IMG/VR virus record: IMGVR_UViG_3300042691_018527
Location: 1-64,000 of that record
Source: a virus
DNA: 64,000 nucleotides
Reading direction: 5' to 3' (one strand)
Shown: piece after piece, positions 1 to 8,582 of the stretch
Numbering within the stretch: the first letter of the stretch is position 1
How the letters are laid out: every line of letters begins with the position of its first letter
Position numbers and translations under genes: made by a program
The notes under the pieces: generated by a model
Told to the model about the DNA's origin: nothing
Seen by the model: the letters and a program-made list of their open reading frames with translations, nothing else
Database searches by the model: none

Positions 1-1
1 C

Positions 2-439
2 ATGTCTAACTGTGGTTGTGTTGCTGGGAGATCCAAGATATATACTAGCATTAACACCTGTTATGGGATCAGTTTCGGTTCCCCAATCAAACCAAGGCAT
101 TTGTGCTAATGTTCCGTAATTTACAGAAAATGAACCATTACAAGTAAGAGAAGTGGATACAGTTCTACTAGCTTTCAATTTTCCACCGGATAAACAAATA
201 GCATTAGATAAGATATTTGCTTCGGTGTCAAACACTTCTTGGGTGGTACCATCTCCAAACATTCCATTAACATCATATTCAACAACTACACCAGCACCTC
301 TGATAACAATTTTTTCGTTAGCCCCTGACTGCGGCGGTGCTCCAGCATCAGCAGTTGGAGAAAATGTGCCATTAGCAGCAGTTAACCAAATTGTTGCTGA
401 ACTCCAAAGACCAGATTGTTTAGAAATATACGTTGCCAT
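2..439 (-). CDS. Putative virion protein with G8-like N-terminus (partial, runs off window start; not in ORF track)
   Basis: Manual translation from ATG at 439: MATYISKQSGLWSSATIWLTAANGTFSPTADAGAPPQSGANEKIVIRG..., open to the edge. The S-x-x-S-G-x-W-S-x-x-x-x-W start resembles G8/beta-helix proteins. Abuts the stop of 441..1004. Confidence 0.65.
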   Translation of the reverse strand, partial: MATYISKQSGLWSSATIWLTAANGTFSPTADAGAPPQSGANEKIVIRGAGVVVEYDVNGMFGDGTTQEVFDTEANILSNAICLSGGKLKASRTVSTSLTCNGSFSVNYGTLAQMPWFDWGTETDPITGVNASIYLGSPSNTTTVRH

Positions 440-440
440 G

Positions 441-1004
441 TTATAAAATTATTTTTTTGGTTGCTATGAGATTACTTAGCGTGGGGTTATTGAAATTTCC
501 ATAGAAAGAATCTTCGCTTCCATCAGTTGCTATGTATCTATAATATGTTTTGTCACTACCAGATGTACTAAATGTATAGTCATATACGTCTCCAGCTGGC
601 AGGGAAACATTTAAGACTGGAGTTGTTTTATATCCTCTGACTAATGTCATCCAATCAAGTATTGTTCCTTGATAGAATTTTGCAGAAACAGTGTTTGTTA
701 CTGTTATATTGGTTGCTGTAAGATTAACAGAATTTGCACTAACATATGCATATGCTGTTTGCCAATTAGCTGAATTAGTTTGTATGAAAGTACTAGTATC
801 TCCTCCTAATTCAATCCAAGTATCCTTTGCTGAGTTTAATTGGTATGCTTTATTTGTTTCTAAGTCAGTTACAATTTGCCCAGAATATCTTAATGGGTTT
901 GTTAAATATGTTAATCTGGCTGATGTAGTTGTAAACACTTGATCTTGATCAAGTGGTCCACTGTACTGTCTTTCAAATTGTAATGGGAATAATAAACTAG
1001 CCAT
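441..1004 (-). CDS. Hypothetical fibre-associated structural protein
   Basis: Coupled to the 1406-aa fibre gene. Shares the NSANWxxxY motif with the fibre repeats. Confidence 0.6.
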   Translation of the reverse strand: MASLLFPLQFERQYSGPLDQDQVFTTTSARLTYLTNPLRYSGQIVTDLETNKAYQLNSAKDTWIELGGDTSTFIQTNSANWQTAYAYVSANSVNLTATNITVTNTVSAKFYQGTILDWMTLVRGYKTTPVLNVSLPAGDVYDYTFSTSGSDKTYYRYIATDGSEDSFYGNFNNPTLSNLIATKKIIL

Positions 1005-1005
1005 A

Positions 1006-4000
1006 TTATATTGTTACGTTATATGTTGCTGCTTGTGTAAAAGCTGTAACCGGTGTATACTTATAAACTTTATAATTTGTAGCCGTATACGAATTAGCAC
1101 CTTCAACTGAAACTGTACTGGATGTAAAGTTTCCCTTAACATCCGCATCAAAACCTTCTTCATATAAAACAGATGTTACGTTTCTTAATGAACTAGGATA
1201 TGCAAAAACAACATTGGTCGTTCCTATCGGAATAGATATTGTAAAAGTTGATCCATTTGATGGGTTTAATAATGATCCAGCAAGACTTCTGATGTCAGAA
1301 CTATTTGCTGCATTATTATCAACACCATAAAAAGCTTTTCTTCTACCATAAACTGGTGTTGAAACAACTATTGTATTAGATGCAAGAGGAGATAGATAGT
1401 TTTGACCTTTGCTATCAACTGGTTGTGGTCCGGTTGCATATGTAACGCTACCGTTAAATGTATTTGTTCCTTCTTGTATAATTGCAGCTGCTGATGTGTA
1501 TGAAGATGTTGTTCCGTTATTTACACCAAGTATTATATATTGTGTTGCTGTTCCAGATCTATAATCTTGTAAAGTATTTGGATCCCAAATGCCAGAAACC
1601 GTTTTTCCTGTTATTGCACCTCTATTAAGATTTACTGTTAATGTAATTCCTTGAGTTCCTGCTTCAACATTTGTTCCAATACTAGAAGACATCGTGGCAG
1701 ATGGTTCTGTTATTGTTGGGTAATACACTTTTGTTAACAACGTTTCAACAAATTGTTGGAATGAAGTATTCTTTGGAATAACTTGTGAAACTTCTATTCC
1801 ACCAACAGTAACATCGGATGTAACTGGAGACGATAGTGATGTTGCTGTTAATGATGAATTTAATGAAGCAGATACAGAACTAAATTGTGTATATGTTTCT
1901 TGCCAAACACCAGAAGCGTTTTGATATGTTGTGGTTGGAAGAAGTGTTGCAGTAGTCAATGCAACATTTGTTTTATATGTATCAAAATCAGTTGTTAATA
2001 CTAATTGACCTGTCAACGTATTAGTGGTTGTTGTCAATGTCAAAAGAGAAGATACTGAATTTAAAATTGTGTTGGTAACTAATGATGCAGAATTTGTGCT
2101 ATATACAGTCGCATATGAATATGTCGTATCCCAATTAGCAGAAGTATTATTAACTTTTGTGTTAACTTCTAAAATATTTGCAGAATTGTTTTGAACAAAT
2201 GTATTATTAGAAGAATTGAAAGAACTATTCAAGTTAACATATGAATAAACAGAATTCCAATTAGCAGATGTATTATTAACTCTAGAATTTACTTCAAGTA
2301 TGTTAGCTGAATTATTGTTTACAAAAGTATTCGCAAAAGAGTTTAATGAACTATTTGTTTGATAAGAACTGTAAACAGAATTCCAATTTGCAGATGTTGT
2401 ATTTACTCTTGTGTTTACTTCTAATGTATTAGCAGAATTATTACCAACAAAGGTTCTAGTTGCTAGTTCAAACGCACTATTTGAATTTGTATAAGAATAA
2501 ACACTGTTCCAATTCGCTGATGTTGTATTAACTTTACTATTGACATCTAATATATTAGAAGAATTATTATTAACAAATGTTCTTGCTGCTAATTCAAATG
2601 CACTTGTGTTATTATTGAAACTATAAACAGAATTCCAATTAGCAGATGTGTTATTAACTCTTGTGTTAACTTCAAGTATATTAGCTGAATTGTTGTTTAC
2701 GAAAGTATTTGCAAAAGAATTTAATGAACTATTTGTTTGATAGGAACTATAAACAGAATTCCAATTAGCTGAAGTATTATTAACTCTAGAATTTACTTCT
2801 AAAATGTTTGCAGAATTATTATTTGTAAATGTTCTTGTTGCTAGATCAAATGCGCTATTTGAATTAGTATAACTATATACTGAATTCCAATTAGCAGAAG
2901 TATCGTTAACTCTACTATTAACTTGGAGTATATTAGAAGAATTATTTTGTACAAATGTATTATTTGCTGTGTTAGTAGAACTGTTTAAATTGACATAAGA
3001 ATAAACAGAGTTCCAATTTGCAGATGTATTATTAACTCTACTATTAACTTCAAGTATATTAGCAGAATTTGTATTTACAAATGTTCTTGATGCTAGATCG
3101 AATGCACTATTAGTATTTGTATAACTATAAACAGAATTCCAATTAGCGGATGTATTATTGACTCTTGATGAAACGTCAACTAAATTTGAACTATTTGAAT
3201 TTACAAAATTTCTTACTTGTAATTCAAGACCGCTTATGTTATTTGTATAACTATAAACAGAGTTCCAATTTGCAGATGTATTATTAACTCTACTATTAAC
3301 TTCAAGTATGTTAGCAGAATTGTTGTTTACAAAAGTTCTGGATGCTAAATCGAATGCACTATTTGAATTTGTATAACTGTAAACAGAATTCCAATTTCCA
3401 GTCAATGATTTTATGCTGGTATGTGTTTCAATTCCAATGTTTATGTTTGGTTGAATTATGCTTAATAATTCTTGCCCACCAGAAAGTATTCTACCACTTG
3501 TCCATATACTACCACTTGCACTTATCTGACCATTGACTGTGAAATCAACATTTGGACTACTTGTTTTAATACCAACACCGGGAAAATTTCCGTTTGCACC
3601 ACCAACATGTAATACCTCAACGTTTTGATCTATATCATAAAAGGATGCAATGTCACCAGAACCGGTTTGACCAACATAAAGAGCCGGTCCATCTCCAACA
3701 TGTACTACACTAAGTGCTGATGTTGTAGTATAATAAGTGTTAGCAAAATAAGTTCCACCTGTTGCTGACAATACACCATATATTGTTACATTGTTATTAA
3801 ATGTTGTCTGTCCTGTTACTAGACCACCACTATTTGGTAAAAATTTAGAATCAACATAGTTAATTTTTGCATATGTACTGCTATTTGAATTATAAAAACT
3901 ATATCCACTATTCCAATTAGCAGACGTATTGTTTACAACGGTTGAAACATTTACTAAATTAGAACTATTTGAATTTACAAAGTTTCTTACTTGTAACTCC

Positions 4001-5226
4001 AAACCACTCGTATTATTAGTATAACTATAAACACTGTTCCAATTTGCAGATGTGTTATTAACTCTTGTGTTAACTTCAAGTATGTTAGCAGAATTGTTAT
4101 TAACAAATGTTCTAGCTGCTAAATTAAATGAACTATTATTGTTTGTGTATGAATAAACGGAGTCCCAGTTCGCAGAAGTGTTGTTAACCTTTGTGTTTAC
4201 TTGTAAAATATTAGCTGAATTATTATTTGTAAATGTTCTAGCCGCTAGATCAAATGTACTATTAGTATTTGTATAACTATAAACACTGTTCCAATTTGCA
4301 GATGTGTTATTAACTCTTGTGTTAACTTCAAGTATGTTAGCAGAATTGTTATTAACAAATGTTCTAGCACTTAAGTTAAAAGCACTATTTAAATTTGTGT
4401 AACTATAAACAGAATTCCAATTAGCAGAAGTATTATTAACTCTAGAATTTACTTGTAATATATTAGCTGAATTATTACCAACAAATGTTCTTGCCTGTAA
4501 TTCTAACGAACTAGATCCTCTTACGTACGAATAAACACTATTCCAATCCGCAGATGTATTTTTAACTGCCGTGTATACTTCCTGTGCTAAGTTTAAAGTA
4601 GGTTGTAATAGACTTAAAAGCTCAACACCACCGGATAAAAATCTACTTCCGGTATACACGTCTCCGGTTGAACTTAAATTGTTAACATATACAAAAAAAC
4701 TTGAATGTGTTGTTATGTTATCACCTAAAATATATGTGCTTTCGTGGTTTGCTGTATTACTTGTGCCACCTAATATTGCAGAATAATTAGCAGCAGATAA
4801 GATTGTGTTGTTAGAACCACCTAATATTGAAGAAAAATTTGCATTATCTTTTATTTCGTTTGTATACCCACCTAAAATAACAGAAAGATCGGAACTTACT
4901 TTATTTGTTTCTCCATTTAATATTGAGCTACCAGCACCATCTACCGTATTGTTTACACCACCTAAAATAATATCATATGCTTGTGATACATTATTATTTC
5001 CATACTGCGCTTTTATAGAACTAAGAGCACTATTATAAAGATAAGGATATTCTTCTGAATTTAAAAATTTAACAACATATTCACTGCTGTTTGTTTTTTT
5101 CTTTAAAAATAAAATACCATCCGCTGTGTTTACCGCAATTTCACCAGCAGTCAAAGAATTTACTAAAGGAGAATGGCCAATTACATCGCTCTTTTTTAAC
5201 AGAATTTTATTTATAGTTTGCGCCAT
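1006..5226 (-). CDS. Long repeat-rich tail fibre/adhesin-like protein (1406 aa)
   Basis: N-terminal fibre-attachment motif (ILLKKS...LTAGEIAVNTADGILF), ILGGxxN beta repeats, two arrays of 42-aa Asn/Ser repeats, VGIKTSSPNVDFTVNGQISA fibre motif, late-type TAAGTA upstream. Confidence 0.75.
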   Translation of the reverse strand: MAQTINKILLKKSDVIGHSPLVNSLTAGEIAVNTADGILFLKKKTNSSEYVVKFLNSEEYPYLYNSALSSIKAQYGNNNVSQAYDIILGGVNNTVDGAGSSILNGETNKVSSDLSVILGGYTNEIKDNANFSSILGGSNNTILSAANYSAILGGTSNTANHESTYILGDNITTHSSFFVYVNNLSSTGDVYTGSRFLSGGVELLSLLQPTLNLAQEVYTAVKNTSADWNSVYSYVRGSSSLELQARTFVGNNSANILQVNSRVNNTSANWNSVYSYTNLNSAFNLSARTFVNNNSANILEVNTRVNNTSANWNSVYSYTNTNSTFDLAARTFTNNNSANILQVNTKVNNTSANWDSVYSYTNNNSSFNLAARTFVNNNSANILEVNTRVNNTSANWNSVYSYTNNTSGLELQVRNFVNSNSSNLVNVSTVVNNTSANWNSGYSFYNSNSSTYAKINYVDSKFLPNSGGLVTGQTTFNNNVTIYGVLSATGGTYFANTYYTTTSALSVVHVGDGPALYVGQTGSGDIASFYDIDQNVEVLHVGGANGNFPGVGIKTSSPNVDFTVNGQISASGSIWTSGRILSGGQELLSIIQPNINIGIETHTSIKSLTGNWNSVYSYTNSNSAFDLASRTFVNNNSANILEVNSRVNNTSANWNSVYSYTNNISGLELQVRNFVNSNSSNLVDVSSRVNNTSANWNSVYSYTNTNSAFDLASRTFVNTNSANILEVNSRVNNTSANWNSVYSYVNLNSSTNTANNTFVQNNSSNILQVNSRVNDTSANWNSVYSYTNSNSAFDLATRTFTNNNSANILEVNSRVNNTSANWNSVYSSYQTNSSLNSFANTFVNNNSANILEVNTRVNNTSANWNSVYSFNNNTSAFELAARTFVNNNSSNILDVNSKVNTTSANWNSVYSYTNSNSAFELATRTFVGNNSANTLEVNTRVNTTSANWNSVYSSYQTNSSLNSFANTFVNNNSANILEVNSRVNNTSANWNSVYSYVNLNSSFNSSNNTFVQNNSANILEVNTKVNNTSANWDTTYSYATVYSTNSASLVTNTILNSVSSLLTLTTTTNTLTGQLVLTTDFDTYKTNVALTTATLLPTTTYQNASGVWQETYTQFSSVSASLNSSLTATSLSSPVTSDVTVGGIEVSQVIPKNTSFQQFVETLLTKVYYPTITEPSATMSSSIGTNVEAGTQGITLTVNLNRGAITGKTVSGIWDPNTLQDYRSGTATQYIILGVNNGTTSSYTSAAAIIQEGTNTFNGSVTYATGPQPVDSKGQNYLSPLASNTIVVSTPVYGRRKAFYGVDNNAANSSDIRSLAGSLLNPSNGSTFTISIPIGTTNVVFAYPSSLRNVTSVLYEEGFDADVKGNFTSSTVSVEGANSYTATNYKVYKYTPVTAFTQAATYNVTI
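2125..3400 (-). repeat. Coding tandem array 2: ~10 units of 126 bp (42 aa)
   Basis: Eleven W-anchored 'SANWNSVYSY' motifs at 42-aa spacing. Confidence 0.9.
2553..2604. repeat. Left arm of a perfect 52-bp inverted repeat (partner 11846..11897)
   Basis: Reverse complement equals agtgcatttgaattagcagcaagaacatttgttaataataattcttctaata at 11846-11897, checked base by base. Confidence 0.85.
3900..4560 (-). repeat. Coding tandem array 1: ~5 units of 126 bp (42 aa)
   Basis: Six W-anchored 'SANWNSVYS' motifs at 42-aa spacing. Confidence 0.9.
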
Positions 5227-5282
5227 TTGATATATTACTTATTTTTAAAATTTCTTTTATCAATATAAATTTACATTGAATA

Positions 5283-5320
5283 AAAAAACCCGAATTAGTT
5301 GGATCTAATTCGGGTTTTTT
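5283..5320. terminator. Intrinsic terminator, potentially bidirectional
   Basis: AAAAAACCCGAATTAG-ttggat-CTAATTCGGGTTTTTT perfect stem, just past the stop of 5339..6556. Confidence 0.85.
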
Positions 5321-5338
5321 GTTTTGAATTACAATTTT

Positions 5339-6556
5339 TTAGAATGATCCACCATCTACAATGAAGTTATAGAGATTGGATACAGCTGATCCCGATAATG
5401 AACCTAGCATTGATATGCTACCATACCCATCCGTATTGATGGTGTAATTATCAAGACTTGATTTACCTGTAACTGTTAATGTATCATCTACTGTTACTTT
5501 TTGGTAGAAGGTTGCATCATTAGCAGTAACAATCATATTACCACCAGCGGCAGAAATATTATTGTTGATGGTTATAGAACCATTTCCATCTGTAACAATT
5601 GTATAATTGTCAAGATTAGATTGACCAGTAACTGTTAATGTATCATCGATTGTAACCTTTTGATAGAAGGTTGCGTCATTAGCAGTTATGATTGTATTTC
5701 CACCAGCAGCAGAAAGATCGTTGTTGATGGTGAGCGAACCAGTCCCAGTGGATGTAATTGTACCACCATCAAAACTTACAGTTCCTAATGCGACTAATCC
5801 TTTTGCTGTGTAAATTAAATCAGTTGCGGAAATTTTACCAGAAACTGTTAATTTTTCATTTGGAGTAGCAGTACCAATACCAACATAACCAGGAGCAGAT
5901 GTTGTTCCATCAATGAACAATGCGGTTGCACCGTCATCTTGGAAATGTGCAATTGGTTGTTGACCTAACTGATTAACATTAAGAGCTACTTGTGATCCAG
6001 AGTTTGTGATGCTAAAAGAGCTTGTAACACTAACTTGTGTATCGAGTTGAGTTGCATTTCCTAATACAGTCAAATCACCTTGTATTGTGACATCACCAGA
6101 TGCATCAATGTCTGTAAAAAATCCTTTTCTGTTTGAATCAATTACTTCAGTTCCATTGATAGTATAATTGTTTGCTTCAACACTAGAAAGAACATCCAAT
6201 GTACTATTAATAGTAACTGCTTTTTCAACGGTTACAACATCTTCGAATACGAATGATTTTATTGCTCTACCAGATTCATTGAAAGTAACTGGTGCATTAG
6301 CAGTAACAGTTGAATTGAAAGTAACTGGAGCTTGAAAAATTTTAGCACCAGAAACATCTTGTGCTAAAACTCTACTAACAAAAGCACCAGGGCCTGCAAT
6401 TGGCATTGCAGACATTCCAAGAACTGTACTTAATCCATAGTAAAGAATTTCATTTTGTTCATTAAATCCAAGTTCACCACTTGTAAGACTTGGCAAGCCT
6501 GTTTGGGAACTATTTAATAACCTACGTTTAATTTGAAGGATGTTTGGTGTTGACAT
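5339..6556 (-). CDS. Tail fibre-like protein
   Basis: N-terminal LQIKRR...LTSGELGFNE attachment motif, VGIGTATPNEKLTVSGKISA, C-terminal VDGGSF. The ATG at 6556 is preferred over the track start at 6568. Confidence 0.7.
   Translation of the reverse strand: MSTPNILQIKRRLLNSSQTGLPSLTSGELGFNEQNEILYYGLSTVLGMSAMPIAGPGAFVSRVLAQDVSGAKIFQAPVTFNSTVTANAPVTFNESGRAIKSFVFEDVVTVEKAVTINSTLDVLSSVEANNYTINGTEVIDSNRKGFFTDIDASGDVTIQGDLTVLGNATQLDTQVSVTSSFSITNSGSQVALNVNQLGQQPIAHFQDDGATALFIDGTTSAPGYVGIGTATPNEKLTVSGKISATDLIYTAKGLVALGTVSFDGGTITSTGTGSLTINNDLSAAGGNTIITANDATFYQKVTIDDTLTVTGQSNLDNYTIVTDGNGSITINNNISAAGGNMIVTANDATFYQKVTVDDTLTVTGKSSLDNYTINTDGYGSISMLGSLSGSAVSNLYNFIVDGGSF
5413..5731 (-). repeat. Internal 159-bp (53-aa) duplication
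   Basis: TINN..SAAGGN.I.TANDATFYQKVT.DDTLTVTG.S.LDNYTI.TDG.GSI occurs twice. DNA gtaactgttaatgtatcatc recurs at 5469 and 5628. Confidence 0.85.
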
Positions 6557-6598
6557 AAATTGTTTCAAATAATATTTACTCTAGTTGTTTTACAAAAA

Positions 6599-8383
6599 TT
6601 AAAAATATCCACATTCAATTATTCCAGCATCTACCCATGTAAAAGCATAATTCCAGTTTTGTGAATTACCTGATGCATCATATATGATAGAATTTGCACT
6701 AATTGAGCCATTGACTGTAAAATCAACATTCGGTGTGCTTGTTTTTACACCAACGTTAGGATAGTCGCCATCGGCTCCACCAACATGGAAAACTTCTATA
6801 TTTGTATCTAAATCGTAAAGTGATAATATATCACCCAACCCTCTACTTGCAATATATACAGCAACGCCTTCTGGTGCAGTATGCATAATGCACAAAGATG
6901 TACTAGTAGTGTATATTGTGTTTTGAAAATAAGATGTGCCTAATGCAGAAATAGATCCATAGACGGTAAAGTTATTTTGAACTTTTAAATCACCAGAAAC
7001 GGACCCACCACTTATTGGTAAAAATTTTGAATAAACATCTTCAGATGATATATAAGTTGAACTATTTTGATTGTATGTTGTGTAATTAGAATTCCATTGA
7101 TTTGAATTTCCATTATTATCGGAAATTACAGTATTTGAATGTATTTCACCATCTACGTTTAATTTGTATGTTGATGTGTCATCAGTTCCTATTCCAACGT
7201 TTGATGCGAGATATATACCATTTTCTGCATTTAAAGTAATTTGGTTGTCTTGTGTTGTTTCTAATTTGGAATTTCCAGATGTTGCATTTAATACTATTAC
7301 ATTGTCGTTTTGTGCAATAACGTTTGAACCAATTATTTTATTATTACTTGATGCTAGTAATATAAAACCATTTGTTGAAAATGCTTGTATTGTGTCAAAT
7401 TCAGCAAATAATAAATTTAACGAAACATTATACCCTGCTAATGTAAATTCAAATGATCTATTTAAATCATACGCATAACCAATAAATTTATTACCAATTG
7501 TTAACTCTGATGGTGAAAATAAACTTGTTATTGAATTAGAAAATTTAAATGATTTACTAAATCTTTCATACTCAACATATGCTGCCTTTTTACCAATAAC
7601 ATTATTACTTCCAAGTATAATGTTTTGATCTCCTCTAATGGCATTGAAATCTCCGACTATATGGTTTTTGCCGCTAAAGGTTGGTTGATTTAATGGAATT
7701 AAACTTGGTAAATTAAAATTAAGATATCCTTGAGAAAAGAAATCAGATATTTCTAAATTACCAGTAATTTTTCCACCAGTTAAATATAAAAAGTTATTAA
7801 TTAAAAAATCGTATACTTTATATCCTTCCAAATAAAGGGAAGAATTGGTATATAAATTAGTATAAGCTTCTTGCCAATAACCAGATGCTGTTTGTAATAA
7901 AACAGTGTTTACACCAGAAAGAAAAATTGCTGAATTTGTGTATAATGTGGTGTAACTATCTAAATATAAAGAAGAATAAGGAGAATAAAACAAATAAGCT
8001 TCGTTTCCTCTTTTTACTTGCAAATTTGTATTTAAATAAAAATCATCAACTGAATTAGTTAATATATTAAAATCACTTAAATCAGCCTTTAAATTTAATG
8101 CACTTATTGCTAATAAAGAAAGTGGTTTATTTAAGTCACTTGTATTATCAACATTTGAAAGACCGATATCTTGTTTTGTTAAAACAACATTACCTATCTT
8201 ACCATTAACACTTTTAACACCAGATGATTCACATTCTTGAATAAAAACTATGTCATCACCACAATCGGATGAATTTACAATTAAATCAGTTCCATTTGCA
8301 GTTAAACTCAAGCATTCAGAAGAACAGTCCTCGTGTCCGCCGTTATTATCAGATGATAATGTTATAACAATCGTTTTACTCAT
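6599..8383 (-). CDS. Tail fibre-like protein
   Basis: VKSVNGKIGNVVLTKQDIGLSNVDNTSDLNKP phage-tail repeat. Shares a ~120-aa module with the 1406-aa fibre. Ends IECGYF. Confidence 0.75.
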   Translation of the reverse strand: MSKTIVITLSSDNNGGHEDCSSECLSLTANGTDLIVNSSDCGDDIVFIQECESSGVKSVNGKIGNVVLTKQDIGLSNVDNTSDLNKPLSLLAISALNLKADLSDFNILTNSVDDFYLNTNLQVKRGNEAYLFYSPYSSLYLDSYTTLYTNSAIFLSGVNTVLLQTASGYWQEAYTNLYTNSSLYLEGYKVYDFLINNFLYLTGGKITGNLEISDFFSQGYLNFNLPSLIPLNQPTFSGKNHIVGDFNAIRGDQNIILGSNNVIGKKAAYVEYERFSKSFKFSNSITSLFSPSELTIGNKFIGYAYDLNRSFEFTLAGYNVSLNLLFAEFDTIQAFSTNGFILLASSNNKIIGSNVIAQNDNVIVLNATSGNSKLETTQDNQITLNAENGIYLASNVGIGTDDTSTYKLNVDGEIHSNTVISDNNGNSNQWNSNYTTYNQNSSTYISSEDVYSKFLPISGGSVSGDLKVQNNFTVYGSISALGTSYFQNTIYTTSTSLCIMHTAPEGVAVYIASRGLGDILSLYDLDTNIEVFHVGGADGDYPNVGVKTSTPNVDFTVNGSISANSIIYDASGNSQNWNYAFTWVDAGIIECGYF

Positions 8384-8384
8384 A

Positions 8385-8543
8385 CTATTCTTTGATAGAA
8401 TATTTAAAATTTAAAAAATACAAATTTATAAAATATGTATAAGAAATGTTAAAATAATTCACACAATTATTTATTAAAAAATAAATTGGTTTTATTTTAG
8501 AAAATAACAAACTTATTAAAAAATTTCCAATTTCAAGTACCAT
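8385..8543 (-). CDS. Putative 52-aa hydrophobic micro-protein (not in ORF track)
   Basis: MVLEIGNFLISLLFSKIKPIYFLINNCVNYFNISYTYFINLYFLNFKYSIKE*. TAAGTA lies 6 nt upstream; the stop lies 1 nt before the next ATG. Confidence 0.4.
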   Translation of the reverse strand: MVLEIGNFLISLLFSKIKPIYFLINNCVNYFNISYTYFINLYFLNFKYSIKE

Positions 8544-8582
8544 ATATAGTACTTATGGTATTTTGAACGTTATTTAAATTAA

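Noticed and set aside
153-942. Plus-strand ORFs 153..446 and 691..942, and the many other short antisense ORFs in the track
   Set aside because: They are shadows of longer, motif-bearing genes on the opposite strand and have no recognisable motifs.
2125-4560. Regularly spaced repeats as a possible CRISPR array
   Set aside because: The 126-bp units are in-frame coding repeats with synonymous variation, no unique spacers and no cas genes.
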